Shown: positions 11,500 to 22,567, counted from the stretch's first letter. The stretch: 64,000 bases of DNA from an uncultured Actinomycetota bacterium (GCA_963770115.1 CAVYOT010000008.1:35717-99716); one strand, 5' to 3'. Made by a program: numbers and translations. The notes: generated from the letters alone by a model not told the origin.

Positions 11500-11991
11500 G
11501 TGCGGCAGATCCTGGAGCTCCTTGAGCGTGACGCCACGCTCACCCCCGACACGCTCGCCACGATGACCGGCCTCCCGGTCGACGACGTGCGTGCGCAGAT
11601 CACGGCCTGGGAGCGCTCCGGCGCCATCCGCCGCTACCGCGCGGTGGTCGACTGGGATGCCGTCGATGACGATCCGACCCGCGAGACCGTCACCGCCTTC
11701 ATCGACGTGTCGATCGCACCCGCCCGCGACGTCGGCTTCGACGACGTGGCCACCCGCATCGCCCGCTTCGAGGAGGTGCGCAGCGTCTATCTCGTCTCCG
11801 GGATCGAGGACCTGCGCTGCACGGTGACGGGCCCGACGATCCGCGCGGTGTCGGACTTCGTCTCCCAGAAGCTCTCCACGATCGACAGGGTGCGCTCGAC
11901 CGCCACCCACTTCGTCCTCAAGACCTACAAGCGCGACGGGGACGCGTTCGAGAAGCCCGAGCCCGACCACCGGCTGCCGATCACGCCCTGA
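11500..11991 (+). CDS. Lrp/AsnC family regulator, YugG/AlaR-like
   Basis: VRQILELLERDA...VDWD...GFDDVATRIARFEEVRSVYLVSG...STATHFVLKTYK; TAGGGT -10 box just upstream. Confidence 0.88.
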   Translation: MRQILELLERDATLTPDTLATMTGLPVDDVRAQITAWERSGAIRRYRAVVDWDAVDDDPTRETVTAFIDVSIAPARDVGFDDVATRIARFEEVRSVYLVSGIEDLRCTVTGPTIRAVSDFVSQKLSTIDRVRSTATHFVLKTYKRDGDAFEKPEPDHRLPITP

Positions 11992-12260
11992 GCGACCCGG
12001 ACGACGCCCGACAGCGCACGGATCCGGGACAGCAGGCGCTCGCCCTGGTACGCGTGCAGTCGCACCTGCTCGTGTTCGGCGTCGCCGAGCGGACCCGGCT
12101 TTGCCCAGATGCTGTTGGGCACCGCGATGCGGCCGATGTCGGGCACGAGGCCCGCCCACCGGGCCGTGCGCACGTCCTGCGGTGCCGCGCCCAGCAGGGT
12201 CATCGCCGCCTCGGCGAGCCGCGCCACCTCCGGGAGTGGCCCAGCGGCGCGGCGGACCTG
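11988..12260 (-). pseudogene. Fragment of HD-GYP-type phosphohydrolase (HD-LuxR family)
   Basis: LGHSR|VARLAEAA...AGLVPDIGRIAVPNSIWAKPGPL...VRLHAYQGERLL; HD changed to PD, no start, frameshifted. Confidence 0.7.
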
Positions 12261-12293
12261 ACGGCCCGATCACCGCCCGGGGTAATCCCAGCC

Positions 12294-12344
12294 GCAGCAG
12301 TGCGACACCGCTGCCACTCAATCGGAGGAGTGTCACCCCGCTGC
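12294..12344. repeat. ~52-bp palindromic REP-like element, copy 1
   Basis: GCAGCAGTGCGACAC...ACTCAATCGGAGGA...GTGTCACCCCGCTGC; about 42/52 identical to 53268..53319 by manual alignment. Confidence 0.75.
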
Positions 12345-12401
12345 GATTCCCCGGGCCCTCACCCGTCGGCACCGGGTCCAACGCGACGTAGGGTCGCTCG
12401 C

Positions 12402-13574
12402 GTGGTGAAGCCGCTCAACGACGTGATCGCCGCCTGCCCGCCGTCGGGCATCCGGAAGTTCTTCGACATCGCCGCCGAGCGGGCCGACGTGATCTCGCTC
12501 GGCGTCGGCGAGCCGGACTTCGTCACGCCGTGGCGCGTGCGCGAGGCGGGGATCTTCGCGCTGGAGCACGGCTACACCACCTACACCTCCAACGCGGGCC
12601 TGCCCCGGCTGCGGGAGCTGATCTGCGCCGACCTCGCCGCGCGCTACGGCACCGCGTACCGCTCCACCGACGAATGCCTGATCACCACCGGGGTCTCGGA
12701 GGGGCTCGACCTCGCCCTGCGCGTGCTGCTCAACCCCGGCGACGAGGTGATCGTCCCCGAGCCCTGCTACGTGGCGTACGAGCCGTGCGTCGCGTTCGCG
12801 GGCGGCGTGCCGGTGCGGGTGCCGACCCGGTGGGAGGACGGGTTCGCCGTCGACGCCTCCCTGGTGAAGGCCGCGGTCACCGCGCGCACCAAGGCGATCC
12901 TCCTCGGCTCGCCCGCCAACCCGACGGGCGCCGTCCAGCCCCGCGCGGCCCTGGAGGCGCTCGTCCGGCTCGCCGAGCGCCACGACCTCTACCTGCTCTC
13001 CGACGAGATCTACGACCGGCTCACCTACGACACCCCGCACACCTGCCTGGGCGCCCTCGCGCCGGACCGGACGGTGCTGCTCGGCGGGTTCTCCAAGGCC
13101 CACGCGATGACCGGATGGCGGGTCGGCTGGATCTGCGCGCCGCGCGCGGTCGCCGAGCTCTGCGTGCGCGTGCACCAGTACACGATGCTCTGCGCGCCGC
13201 ACGTCTCGCAGATGGCCGCCGTCGAGGCGTTGTCCGGGCCCGACGACGACGTGGCCGCCATGATCGCCGACTACGACCGGCGGCGGCGCGTGTTCGTCAA
13301 GGGCCTGCGCGAGATCGGGCTGGACTGCCCTGAGCCGGGTGGGGCGTTCTACGCGTTCCCGTCCATCCGCGTCGCCGGCATGGACTCCGCGACGTTCGCC
13401 GAGAAGCTCCTGCACGCCGAAGGCGTGGCCGTGGTGCCGGGAAGCGTGTTCGGGCCCTCCGGCGAAGGACACGTGCGCTGCTCCTACGCCACCGCACTGC
13501 CCCTCCTCGAAGAGGCGCTCGTGCGGATGGACCGCTTCCTACGGTCTGATCACCGTGATTCTGACGGCCAGTAG
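12402..13574 (+). CDS. Aminotransferase class I/II, YugH/AlaT-like
   Basis: PPSGIRKFFDIA..DVISLGVGEPDFVTPW, PANPTG, SDEIY, GFSKAHAMTGWRVG. Confidence 0.92.
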   Translation: MVKPLNDVIAACPPSGIRKFFDIAAERADVISLGVGEPDFVTPWRVREAGIFALEHGYTTYTSNAGLPRLRELICADLAARYGTAYRSTDECLITTGVSEGLDLALRVLLNPGDEVIVPEPCYVAYEPCVAFAGGVPVRVPTRWEDGFAVDASLVKAAVTARTKAILLGSPANPTGAVQPRAALEALVRLAERHDLYLLSDEIYDRLTYDTPHTCLGALAPDRTVLLGGFSKAHAMTGWRVGWICAPRAVAELCVRVHQYTMLCAPHVSQMAAVEALSGPDDDVAAMIADYDRRRRVFVKGLREIGLDCPEPGGAFYAFPSIRVAGMDSATFAEKLLHAEGVAVVPGSVFGPSGEGHVRCSYATALPLLEEALVRMDRFLRSDHRDSDGQ

Positions 13575-13647
13575 TCGGAGATCAACGCATTGCTTTCTTC
13601 GCCGCGCGTTCACCTTCTCGTAACATGGCGACCCCACCCTCGGGCAC

Positions 13648-13860
13648 ATGGAGACCACCCACTGCCCGCTCTGTGCCCTCGCCCGCACGACCGACGACGC
13701 AGCCGGGCTCGCGTGGAGCAGCCAGCACGAAGCCGACGGCACCATCACCTGGATCTGCCCGACCTGCACCCGCGCACAGCTCTGGCTGATCGAGGCGGCC
13801 CTGCCGATCGCGACGGCCACGGCCCCCGCCGCCACCATCCCCCTCCCCCGCGCGGCCTGA
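13648..13860 (+). CDS. Small Cys4 zinc-ribbon-like protein
   Basis: CPLC...WSSQHE..G..WICPTCTRAQLWLIEA; GC-rich third codon positions. Confidence 0.7.
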   Translation: METTHCPLCALARTTDDAAGLAWSSQHEADGTITWICPTCTRAQLWLIEAALPIATATAPAATIPLPRAA

Positions 13861-13887
13861 CGCAAGCTCTGGTCAGGATCGACGTCA

Positions 13888-14020
13888 GCTCCGCTCAGGG
13901 TCGACGTTCGCTCCGCAAGCTCCGCTCAGGGTCGACGTTCGCTCCGCAAGCTCCGCTCAGGTCGACGTTCGCTCCGCAAGCTCCGCTCAGGGTCGACGTT
14001 CGCTCCGCAAGCTCCGCTCA
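13888..14020. repeat. Tandem repeat, ~31-bp unit, ~4 copies
   Basis: (GG)GTCGACGTTCGCTCCGCAAGCTCCGCTCA repeated; last TCA is the stop of the minus-strand kinase. Confidence 0.95.
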
Positions 14021-15211
14021 GGCCGCCGTGCGGAACGCGGGATAGACCGGCAGCGCGGCGGGCGCATCCGGGAAGCGCTTGTTCAGCGCCTCGGCCACCA
14101 CGACACCCAACTCCGCCGTCGCCGCCTTCCCCGCCTGGGCGGCGTCGGCGGACAGCTGGTCCCAATAGTGCGACAGCGCGGTGCTGATGCGCGGCGAGCG
14201 CCCGGCGTCCGGCCCAACGTGCTGGTCCCGCGCGCTGATCCGCGGCAGAAACCACCACGTGCACAGCCACACCCACAGGATCTGCGCGTCGAGCAGCCGC
14301 GCGGCCAGGTGACCCGCATCGTCGAGATCGGGCCAGACCGCCGCGATCTCGTTCCGCCACGCGTCCAGCAGCGTGTCGGCCATCCCCGGCGGGAGCGCGA
14401 AGCTCGCCTCGCAGCCGGGGAACGGCACCCGGAAGTAGGCAGCGTCGAGCGCGATGTCGCGGAAGCAGCCCCACTCGAAGTCGACGAAGCGCACCCCCCG
14501 GCTGGTGACGAGGTTGTTGTCCGGACAGGTGTCGGACGGGCTGAACGCCCGGTAGCGGGTGCCGCCCAGTAGCCGGGCGGTGTCGTGCGCCTCCTGCACG
14601 GCCGCGGGTGGCGCGACGACGCCGAGCTCCTCGTGCAACAGCCCGGCGACCCCCGCGAACGCCGCGCGCGCCTCGTCGGCCATCGGGTCCCGCCAGGCGC
14701 GCTCGCCGAGGCGGCGCAGCAGGGCACCGAAGTCACGCTCGCGTCCCGCGGTGGCCGCCTGCATCCGGCCCAGCGCACCCGCCCAGGAGAGCATGCAGCG
14801 CTGGGCGGCGGCCCCGTCGGGGCCGAAGAGCTTGTCGGCCAGGGTCGAGCTGCGCCCCAGGTCCTCCATCACCAGCAGCCGCGCCACCGGGTCGTGCGCG
14901 ATGAGCACCGGGCTGGGCCGCAGCTCCGGCGACATCGACGTGAACAGCTGACAGCTGGCCACCTCGAACGGGAACGGATCGGGCCTTCCGGACGGCGGCT
15001 CGCCGGGGTAGTGCTTGACGACGAGCGTGCGCGGCAGCGAGAACGGGTTGCGCGCGACCCGGGCCCTGGCCACCACCGAGCGGTCGCTGCCGCCGAGGTC
15101 CTCCGGGTCCGCGAGCACGATCATGGCCCCCGTACGCCGGCTGAGAAGCCGCTCGGCCGCCGCGAGCGCACCGAGCACCGGCCTGGGGAAGCTGCCCAGG
15201 TCGTTCACCAT
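14018..15211 (-). CDS. Aminoglycoside phosphotransferase/choline-kinase-like protein
   Basis: LVVKHY, LVMEDLG, SPSDTCPDNNLV, VRFVDFEWG (Brenner-like motifs). Confidence 0.8.
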   Translation of the reverse strand: MVNDLGSFPRPVLGALAAAERLLSRRTGAMIVLADPEDLGGSDRSVVARARVARNPFSLPRTLVVKHYPGEPPSGRPDPFPFEVASCQLFTSMSPELRPSPVLIAHDPVARLLVMEDLGRSSTLADKLFGPDGAAAQRCMLSWAGALGRMQAATAGRERDFGALLRRLGERAWRDPMADEARAAFAGVAGLLHEELGVVAPPAAVQEAHDTARLLGGTRYRAFSPSDTCPDNNLVTSRGVRFVDFEWGCFRDIALDAAYFRVPFPGCEASFALPPGMADTLLDAWRNEIAAVWPDLDDAGHLAARLLDAQILWVWLCTWWFLPRISARDQHVGPDAGRSPRISTALSHYWDQLSADAAQAGKAATAELGVVVAEALNKRFPDAPAALPVYPAFRTAA

Positions 15212-15222
15212 CAGGCCCGAGG

Positions 15223-16164
15223 TTACCCCGCCGAAGCCCGGCCCAACCCCCGTCCGCGCCCGGCGGGACTGCGAGCGACGAGGAGAACGAGCACCGCGGC
15301 GACCACGATGCCGACCAGGTTCACCGCCAGCTGCCCGATCGAGCTCGCCATCTGCGCCCAGCGGCCCTCGACGGCGGCCACGGCCGCGTAGCCCGCCGCG
15401 GGCACCGTGGTGACCGAGATGAACACCCCGACGAGCGACGCCGACTTGGCGGACGTCAGCGCGAGCATGCCCGCCGCGCCCGCGAGCAGCGCCACGATCA
15501 GGGAGAACCACCCGACCGAGTAGATGAAGTCGACCTGGTTGCCCGCGTCGAGGTCGGCGGTGGTCAGGAGGCCGACGGCGCTGAACAGCACCGCGGCGGC
15601 CGCCGTGACGAGCACCGCCAGCGGGAAGCCCACGACGAGCGCCAGCAGCCCGCCGCGGACCAGGTCGCCGCGGCGCAGCACTACACCGACGGCGACGGCC
15701 GCGAGCGGGCCGAACTCCGGCCCCAGCACCATCGCCCCGACGACCGTGACGGGCGAGTTCGTCACGGCGCCGATCGCGGCGAGCAGGCAGGCGATCGTCA
15801 GGAACGCCTGGAAGCTCCACGAGAGTCGGGAGTCCTCGCCCGTGCGCTCGATCAGCTCCTCCCAGATCACGGCGTCGGCCGGATCGCCGGGCACCGCCTT
15901 CTCGGCCGCCACAGCGGCGTCGGAGAGGGTCGTGTCGATCGCCTCCAGCGTCACGCCGCCCACGTGGTCGACCCCGAGGCCCTTGAGCCCGGCCAGCACG
16001 CCGTCGACCGCCTCCCGGGTCACGTCGGCCTCGACCACGTCGCCCTCGGGCCGCACGGCGGCACCGGAGAGCACCGTGACGTGGGCGGCGCCGGGCTCCC
16101 CGACCAACAGCTCACGCACGTCGGCCGTGAGCGCGGCAGGCGCGATCACCCGCAGGTGGAGCAC
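15223..16164 (-). CDS. DUF389 domain membrane protein
   Basis: MLHLRVIAP...[14 protein letters not shown]...[14 protein letters not shown]; several TM segments. Confidence 0.88.
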   Translation of the reverse strand: MLHLRVIAPAALTADVRELLVGEPGAAHVTVLSGAAVRPEGDVVEADVTREAVDGVLAGLKGLGVDHVGGVTLEAIDTTLSDAAVAAEKAVPGDPADAVIWEELIERTGEDSRLSWSFQAFLTIACLLAAIGAVTNSPVTVVGAMVLGPEFGPLAAVAVGVVLRRGDLVRGGLLALVVGFPLAVLVTAAAAVLFSAVGLLTTADLDAGNQVDFIYSVGWFSLIVALLAGAAGMLALTSAKSASLVGVFISVTTVPAAGYAAVAAVEGRWAQMASSIGQLAVNLVGIVVAAVLVLLVARSPAGRGRGLGRASAG

Positions 16165-16203
16165 GGGCTAGCCTAGGACGCGGACGTGGCGGCAGGCTTC
16201 GGA

Positions 16204-17995
16204 TCAGCCTTCGGGCCGGGCTTCGCGGCCGATGGAGCGTCCACGCCCGCCTCCTTGCGCTGCTCCGCCGTGATCGGGGCGGGCGCGGCGGTGAGCGGGT
16301 CGTAGCCGCCGCCGGTCTTCGGGAAGGCGATGACCTCGCGGATGATGTCCGTGCCCGCGAGCAGTGCGCAGATCCGGTCCCAGCCGAACGCGATGCCGCC
16401 GTGCGGCGGCGGCGCCGTAGGCGAAGGCGTCGAGCAGGAAGCCGAACTTCTCCTGGGCCTCGTCCTCGCCGAGGCCCATCACCTCGAAGACCCGCTTCTG
16501 CACGTCGCGCGCGGTGGATACGGATCGACCCGCCGCCGATCTCGTTGCCGTTGCAGACGATGTCGTAGGCGTAGGCGAGCGCGTTCCCCGGGTCGGCCTC
16601 GAACTGGTCGATCCAGCTCGGCGTTCGGCGAGGTGAACGCGTGGTGCACGCGCGGTCCACGGCCGTGGCCGACGGCCACGTCGTCGGTGTCGGCGACGGC
16701 TCGAACATCGGCGCGTCGACGATCCAGACGAACGACCACGCCGACTCGTCGAGCAGCCCGCCGTGCGTCGGGCGATCTCGACGCGGGCGGCGCCGAGCAG
16801 CGCGCGGGCGTCGTTCGGCGTGCCCGCGGCGAAGAAGATGCAGTCGCCCGCGCGGGCGCCGACGGCCGTGGCGAGCCCGGCCCGCTCGGCCGCGGACAGG
16901 TTCTTGACCACCGGACCGCGCTCGTCCAGCGCGCCGTCCTCGCTGACCAGCACGTAGGCCAGCCCGCGGGCGCCGCGCTGCTTGGCCCACTCCTGCCAGG
17001 CGTCGAGCTGGCGCCGGGCCTGGCTCGCGCCGCCGGCCATGACGACGGCGCCGACGTAGGGGTTCTGGAAGACCCGGAACCGGGTGCTCGGCGAAGTAGT
17101 CGGTGCAGGTCGGTGAGCTCGATCGCGAAGCGCAGGTCGGGCTTGTCCGAGCCGTAGCGGCCCATCGCCTCGGCGTAGGTCATGCGCGGGATCGGGCGCG
17201 GGATCTCGTAGCCGACCAGCGCGCCAGAGCGCGCCGAGGATGGCCTCGGCCAGCTCGATGACGTCGTCCTGCTCGACGAAGCTCATCTCGATGTCGAGCT
17301 GGGTGAACTCGGGCTGGCGGTCGGCGCGGAAGTCCTCGTCGCGGTAGCAGCGCGCGATCTGGAAGTAGCGCTCCATGCCCGCCGACCATCAGCAGCTGCT
17401 TGAACAGCTGGGGGCTCTGCGGCAGGGCGTACCAGGAGCCGGGCTGCAGGCGGGCGGGCACGAGGAAGTCGCGCGCGCCCTCCGGGGTGGACCGGGTGAG
17501 GGTCGGCGTCTCGACCTCGACGAACTCGCGCGCGTAGAGCACGTCCCGCGCGGTCCGGTTGATCGTGCTGCGCAGCCGCATGGCCGCCGCCGGGGCGTTG
17601 CGGCGCAGGTCGAGGTAGCGGTACTTGAGCCGGATCTCCTCGCCCACCTCGGCGTGGTCGTCGATCGGGAACGGCAGCGGCGCCGACTCCGAGAGGACGA
17701 CGAGCTCGGTGACCGTCACCTCGATCGCGCCGGTGGCCAGCTCGGGGTTCTCGTTGCCCTCGGGGCGCGGCACGACCACGCCGGTGACCTGCACGCAGAA
17801 CTCCGTGCGCAGCCGGTGGGCCCGCTCGGCCATCTCGCCCTCGCGGAACACCACCTGTGCCGTGCCGGACGCGTCGCGCAGGTCGATGAAGATCACGCCG
17901 CCGTGATCGCGCCGCCGCGCCACCCACCCGGCGAGGGTCACGGTCTGTCCGGCGTTCTCGGCACGGAGGGTGCCGACGGGGTGGCTGCGCATCAC
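16204..17995 (-). CDS. aspS: Aspartate--tRNA ligase (several frameshifts, probably sequence errors)
   Basis: [92 protein letters not shown] spread over several frames. Confidence 0.95.
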
Positions 17996-18079
17996 GATGT
18001 CGAGGTTATCGGGGCACCCCCGAGGCGCGGCCAGCAGGTTTCGCCCGCTGGGCCGGTCACAGAGCGCTGGGTCGGTCTC

Positions 18080-20141
18080 TCAGAGCAGGGCCAGCTGCTC
18101 CGCCGCGGGCGAGGGCGCCGTGGGGATCGGTGGGGGCACCCCGCGGGCGCTCGGCGCGTCCGCCCGGGCATCGAGGCCGTGGCGGCGCAGCAGCGGGGCG
18201 ACCCGCGCGACCAGCGCCCGCCGATACTCGGGCTCGACGTAGGCGCCGCGGCGGTACAGCCGCGCGTAGGGCTCGATGAGCTCGGGATGCTCCCGTTCGA
18301 GCCACGCGAGGAACCACTCGCGGGTGCCGGGCCGCAGGTGCAGCGCGAGGACGCTCGCGCCCGTGGCCCCCGCCGCGGCGACCTGCGCCAGCAGGGCGTC
18401 GAGCGCCTCGGTGGAGTCGGTGAGCAACGGGAGCACCGGCGCGACCATCACCCCGCAGGGCAATCCGGCGTCGGTGATGCGCCGCACGAGCTCCAGCCGG
18501 GCGGGCGGCGTGGGCGTGCCGGGCTCCAGCGTCGCGTGCAGCTCCCGGTCGAGCAGCGCGACCGAGACGCCGAACGACACCGGCACGTCCGCCGCCGCGG
18601 CCGTGAGCTCCGGGAGGTCCCGGTGAGCACGGTGCCCTTGGTCAGAATCGAGAACGGCGTTCCCGAGCGGGCCAGCGCGGCGATGATCCCGGGCATGAGC
18701 CGGTAGCGGCCCTCGGCACGCTGGTAGGGATCGGTGTTGGTGCCCATCGCCACCGGCTCGCCCGCCCAGCGCGGCGACCGCAGCTCCCGCTGCAGCACCC
18801 GCGCGACGTTGACCTTGACGATGATCTGCCTGTCGAAGTCCGCGCCCGCGTCGAGGTCGAGGTAGGTGTGGGTGTTGCGGGCGAAGCAGTTGTGGCTGAC
18901 GACGCCCTCGGCCACGAAGTCGCCGGTGCCGGTGGTGATGTCGTACATCGGCAGCTCCCGGCCGAGGGCCCGGACCGACACCACCTCCAGCTCGGGCGCC
19001 CCGACCACCGGCCCTCCCTCCAGCCGTCGCGTGACCGCCGGATCCGTGTATGCCAGAAGCCTGCGCAGCGCCCCGACGCCGCCGAGCAGCCGCACGACGC
19101 GCGCGCCGTCGGGCTGGGCGCCCACCGAGAAGCCGAAGCCCAGCCGATGCAGTGCGCCCGCGACCCGGCCCACCACGGCCTCGTCGGCGTGGACGACCCG
19201 CAGCTCGCCCGCCGCGACGACGCCGCGCGCGTCGACAACCCCGGCAAGGAAGCCCGCGCACCAGTCGACGCCCGGCCGCACAGGCCAGCGCAGCACGTCG
19301 GCGGCCAGCCGCGCAGGCCACCCCGGACCCGGGCCGCCGGGATCGGTCGACCACCCGGCACCGCCGGTAATCGAGGGAATCGAGCCGCTGCGCCCGACGG
19401 CGCGGGCGATGCGGCCGGGCTCGGCGGCGACCACGACCGGCGCGGGCGGCGCCTCGGCCAACAGGTGGTGCGCGCGGCCGAGCGCCTCCAGCGCGAGGCG
19501 ATCCGACGGGAAGGCCGGCCCGTCGCCGCGGACGAGGCCGCACAGGTAGCCCTGTCGGTAGTCGGCGGTGTGTGGACGCGGACGGTCCGGCCCGAACGGT
19601 CCGGGGCCGAGCATGGCGGTGCCGGTCCGCAGGTGCGGCCGCCGCCCGCCGCGGCACCAGCCACCGCTGACGTGCCGCCAGCCGTGCGCCGGTGAGGAAG
19701 CGGTGCTCGCCGCTCGTGACCAGCTCGGTGCCGTCGGCGAGCCGCACGACGTACGCGGGCTTCGTGGTGGACCAGTGCGCCAGCACCCGGGTGGGCACGT
19801 AGCGGCGCACGCCGTCGACCCGCTCGGTGCCCAGGACGACGTCGCCCACCGCGAGATCGGCGATCGGCCGGGTGCGGCCGTCGGCGAGCAGGACGCGGGT
19901 CGGGCCGGCCAGGCAGTAGACGCAGGCGTGCGAGCAGCCGCGGTACGGGTTGACCGTCCACTGGAACGGCACCGTCGACGACCCGGGCACCCTGTTCAGC
20001 GCCGACCGCGCCTCGACCTCGTGGAACACCGTGCCCGCGAACTCGGGCGTGCGCACGGTGCGCAGCAAGCCCGTCCAGCCCCGGCAGCGCCTGCGCCGCG
20101 CCGACGCCGTCCTCGCCCACCCGCTGGCCGCTCCATCGCAT
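18080..20141 (-). CDS. Rv2578c-family radical SAM protein containing an intein (frameshifts near 20080, 19690, 18620)
   Basis: MRWSGQ..., WTVNPYRGCSHACVY[intein]CFARNTHTYLDLD, GTNTDPYQRAEGRY, SILTKG, LEPGTP. Confidence 0.9.
18889..19915 (-). mobile_element. Intein (Hint domain with degenerate LAGLIDADG endonuclease)
   Basis: Block A CLAGPTRVLLADG; block B TSGEHRFLT; LAGLIDADG-like YLCGLVRGDG and FLAGVVDARG; blocks F/G MYDITTGTGDFVAEGVVSHN followed by Cys+1. Confidence 0.93.
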
Positions 20142-20149
20142 GGGCTGAT

Positions 20150-20165
20150 TCGAACACAAGTTCGA
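20150..20165. promoter_or_regulatory. LexA (SOS) box
   Basis: TCGAAC-ACAA-GTTCGA, perfect actinobacterial consensus, 8 bp upstream of the radical SAM ATG. Confidence 0.9.
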
Positions 20166-20371
20166 TCGCGCAGGCAAGTCGCACCTAGCGGATGTCGGCC
20201 GGTGACACCGGCGGATCGGCGGCGAGTTGCGACGATGGGCGCGTGCCAGCCCCAGCCGCGCCCCGTCGGGCACCGCCACGGAGACGCCGCCGCCGTCAGG
20301 ACACCTCGGCGCGAGCGACGGCCCCGCGCCGTGGTGCCGTACTCGCTTCCCCGAGTCGCGACCATCGGTTC

Positions 20372-22002
20372 GTGCCTCCGCAGCCCGCGCCACCGGCAGA
20401 CCCGCAGGCCGACCGGCGATACGCGGCAGACTCCGCCGCCGTCGCCGCGGTCCTGCCGGATCGCCCGCTGGGCCACACGGCCGCGTCCCGGCCGCCGAAC
20501 CCGGCCATGAAGGACCCGCCCAGCCGTCGCCCGGCCGCAGAGCCGCAGGCCGCCGGGCGGGGGCACGGGCACGGACACGGCCACGGGCACGACACCGCAC
20601 CGCCCGCGGACCGTCGGGTGCGGGTCCTGCTCGCCGCGCTGCTCGTGCCGCACGGCGGTCGCCGCGCTCGTCGGCCTCGTGCTGCTCTGGCCCTCCGGTC
20701 CGCGCCCTCCGCGACGCCCGCCGCCACGACCACACCGGTGCACGCGCAGGTCGTCGAGACGCGGGCGGCCCGCTGCGACCAAGGCCGCGCCGGGCGGCCG
20801 CGGTACGGCGCCGACCGGCGGCACGATCGGCAGCGCGGCGCCACGGGCGGACCCAGGCGATGGCCCAGCCCACCCGCGGCGTCCGCAGGGCAGGGTCCGC
20901 GCAGGCGCGGCCAGTCAGGCGGGCAACCTCGGCAGCGGCGCCGCAGGCGGGCTGACACGAGCGCGTCCGGAGGCGTCCCACCGGCGCGGCGGCGACCGAC
21001 GGCACAACGGACAGCCCGCGGGTGCCATCGGGGCGGGCGCGGCGGGCGGGGACGGGGGCGGCGGGCTGTGCGTCGCGCTCGTCGTCCACATGGCCGACGG
21101 CCCGCGCGCAGGCCGCGAGCTCGTCCAGCTCGTGCCGGTCGAGCCCAGCACGCCGCGGTTCGGCGTCGGCGACCAGGTCGGTGCTGTCCTGGTCCGGCGG
21201 CGATCCCGACGACCCGGGCTCCTACCAGGTCGTCGACTTCCAGCGGGGCGGATCGCTGTGGTGGCTCGCCGCGCTGTTCGCCGCCGCCGTGCTCGCGCTC
21301 GGGCCGGTGGCGCGGGCTCGCGGCGCTGGCCGCGCTCGGCGCTGAGCTTCGTGGTGCTGCTGGCGTTCGTGCTGCCCGCGATCCTCGCCGGGCACGACCC
21401 GCTGTGGGTGGCCGTCGTCGGCGCCTGTCTGATCATGTTCGCGGTGCTGTACCTGACGCACGGCCCGTCGGCGCGCACGTCGACCGCCGTGCTCGGCACG
21501 CTCGCGTCGCTCCTGCTGATCGGCGGCCTGTCCGCCGCGTTCACCGCGCTGGCCCGGCTGACCGGCCTCGACGAGACCACCAGCTCGCTCATCGGCGCGC
21601 TCGGCACCGGCGTCGACGCCCGCGGCCTGCTGCTGGCAGGCGTGGTCATCGGCGCGCTCGGCGTGCTCGACGACGTCACGGTCACCCAGACGAGCGCGGT
21701 GTGGGAGCTGCACCGCGCCAACTCCGCACTCGGCTCCCGCGGCGCTCTTCACCGCGGCGATGCGGATCGGCCGCGACCACGTCTCGTCCGCGGTCAACAC
21801 TCTGGTCCTGGCGTACGCGGGCGCCTCGCTCCCGCTGATGCTGATCTTCAGCGTGTCCGGGAGGGGCCTTGGCGATGTCGTGACGACCGAGGAGGTCGCC
21901 ACCGAGGTCGTCCGCACGCTGGTCGGCAGCATCGGGCTGGTGGCCTCGGTGCCGATCACGACGGCGGTGGCGGCCGTCGTGGCGAGCCGGGAATCGCCCT
22001 GA
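20372..22002 (+). CDS. YibE/F family membrane protein with His-rich N-terminus (several frameshifts; start uncertain, 20372 or 20507)
   Basis: GHGHGHGHGH, YQVVDFQRG, LYLTHG, LTGLDE, IGALGVLDDVTVTQ, IGRDHVSSAVNTLVLAYAG, EVVRTLVGSIGL. Confidence 0.8.
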
Positions 22003-22529
22003 GCCGCCCGACCAGGCTCGCCTCGCCGTTCGCCCTCGGTGTGGACGAGCACGTCGAGCTCGCCGAACGCCGCCAACAGCTCGCCCGGCGCGGCCCGCCA
22101 CGGCCCGGGACCTTCGCCGACCTCCGACAGCACCGTGATGAGGAGCAGCCCACCCGGCGCCAGCGCCTCCACCAGCGCCGGGTAGAGCGCCGGGTCGCGG
22201 AACCGCTGGGAGACGACCACGTCGTACGGGCCGGTGCAGTCCGGCGGGAGCCCGTCGTCGAGGTCGTGCTGCAGCCACCGGACGGGGAGGTCGGCGCCCG
22301 CGTGGGCCGCGGCGGCCAGGCCGACCTCCGACACGTCCACGGCGTCGACGGAGAGGCCGCGCCGGGCCAGCCACAGTGCCGTCACGCCGCGGCCGCACCC
22401 GACGTCGAGCACCCGGCCAGCGGTCGGCACCAGCTCGTGCCGACCGCCCAAGGCGTCCGGCGGCAGCGGCCCGACGTCAACGGCAGCGTCGTGCCGCACG
22501 TCCCAGCGCGCCTGGTCCCACTTGCTCAC
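21956..22529 (-). CDS. Class I SAM-dependent methyltransferase (TehB-like); 3' end frameshifted
   Basis: RVLDVGCGRG, VDAVDVS, YDVVV, LAPGGLL; likely true C-terminus NGEASLVGR in ORF 21956..22153. Confidence 0.8.
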
Positions 22530-22567
22530 TCATCGCCCTCCCGCGTTCGCGTTCGACGTGTCAACGC

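Noticed and set aside
13888-14020. 31-bp array as CRISPR
   Set aside because: Units are contiguous with no unique spacers
16204-17995. aspS, and also rocD, terD, terB, StiP, EF-G2, DUF1015 and YibE/F, as pseudogenes or programmed frameshifts
   Set aside because: aspS is essential, all motifs are present and indels cluster in patches (16.4-17.4, 20.6-21.8, 42.5-44.2 kb); uncorrected long-read error is the simplest explanation
21956-22529. TehB-like methyltransferase as part of the tellurite locus
   Set aside because: It is 17 kb away, directly downstream of hisS, with only generic SAM motifs
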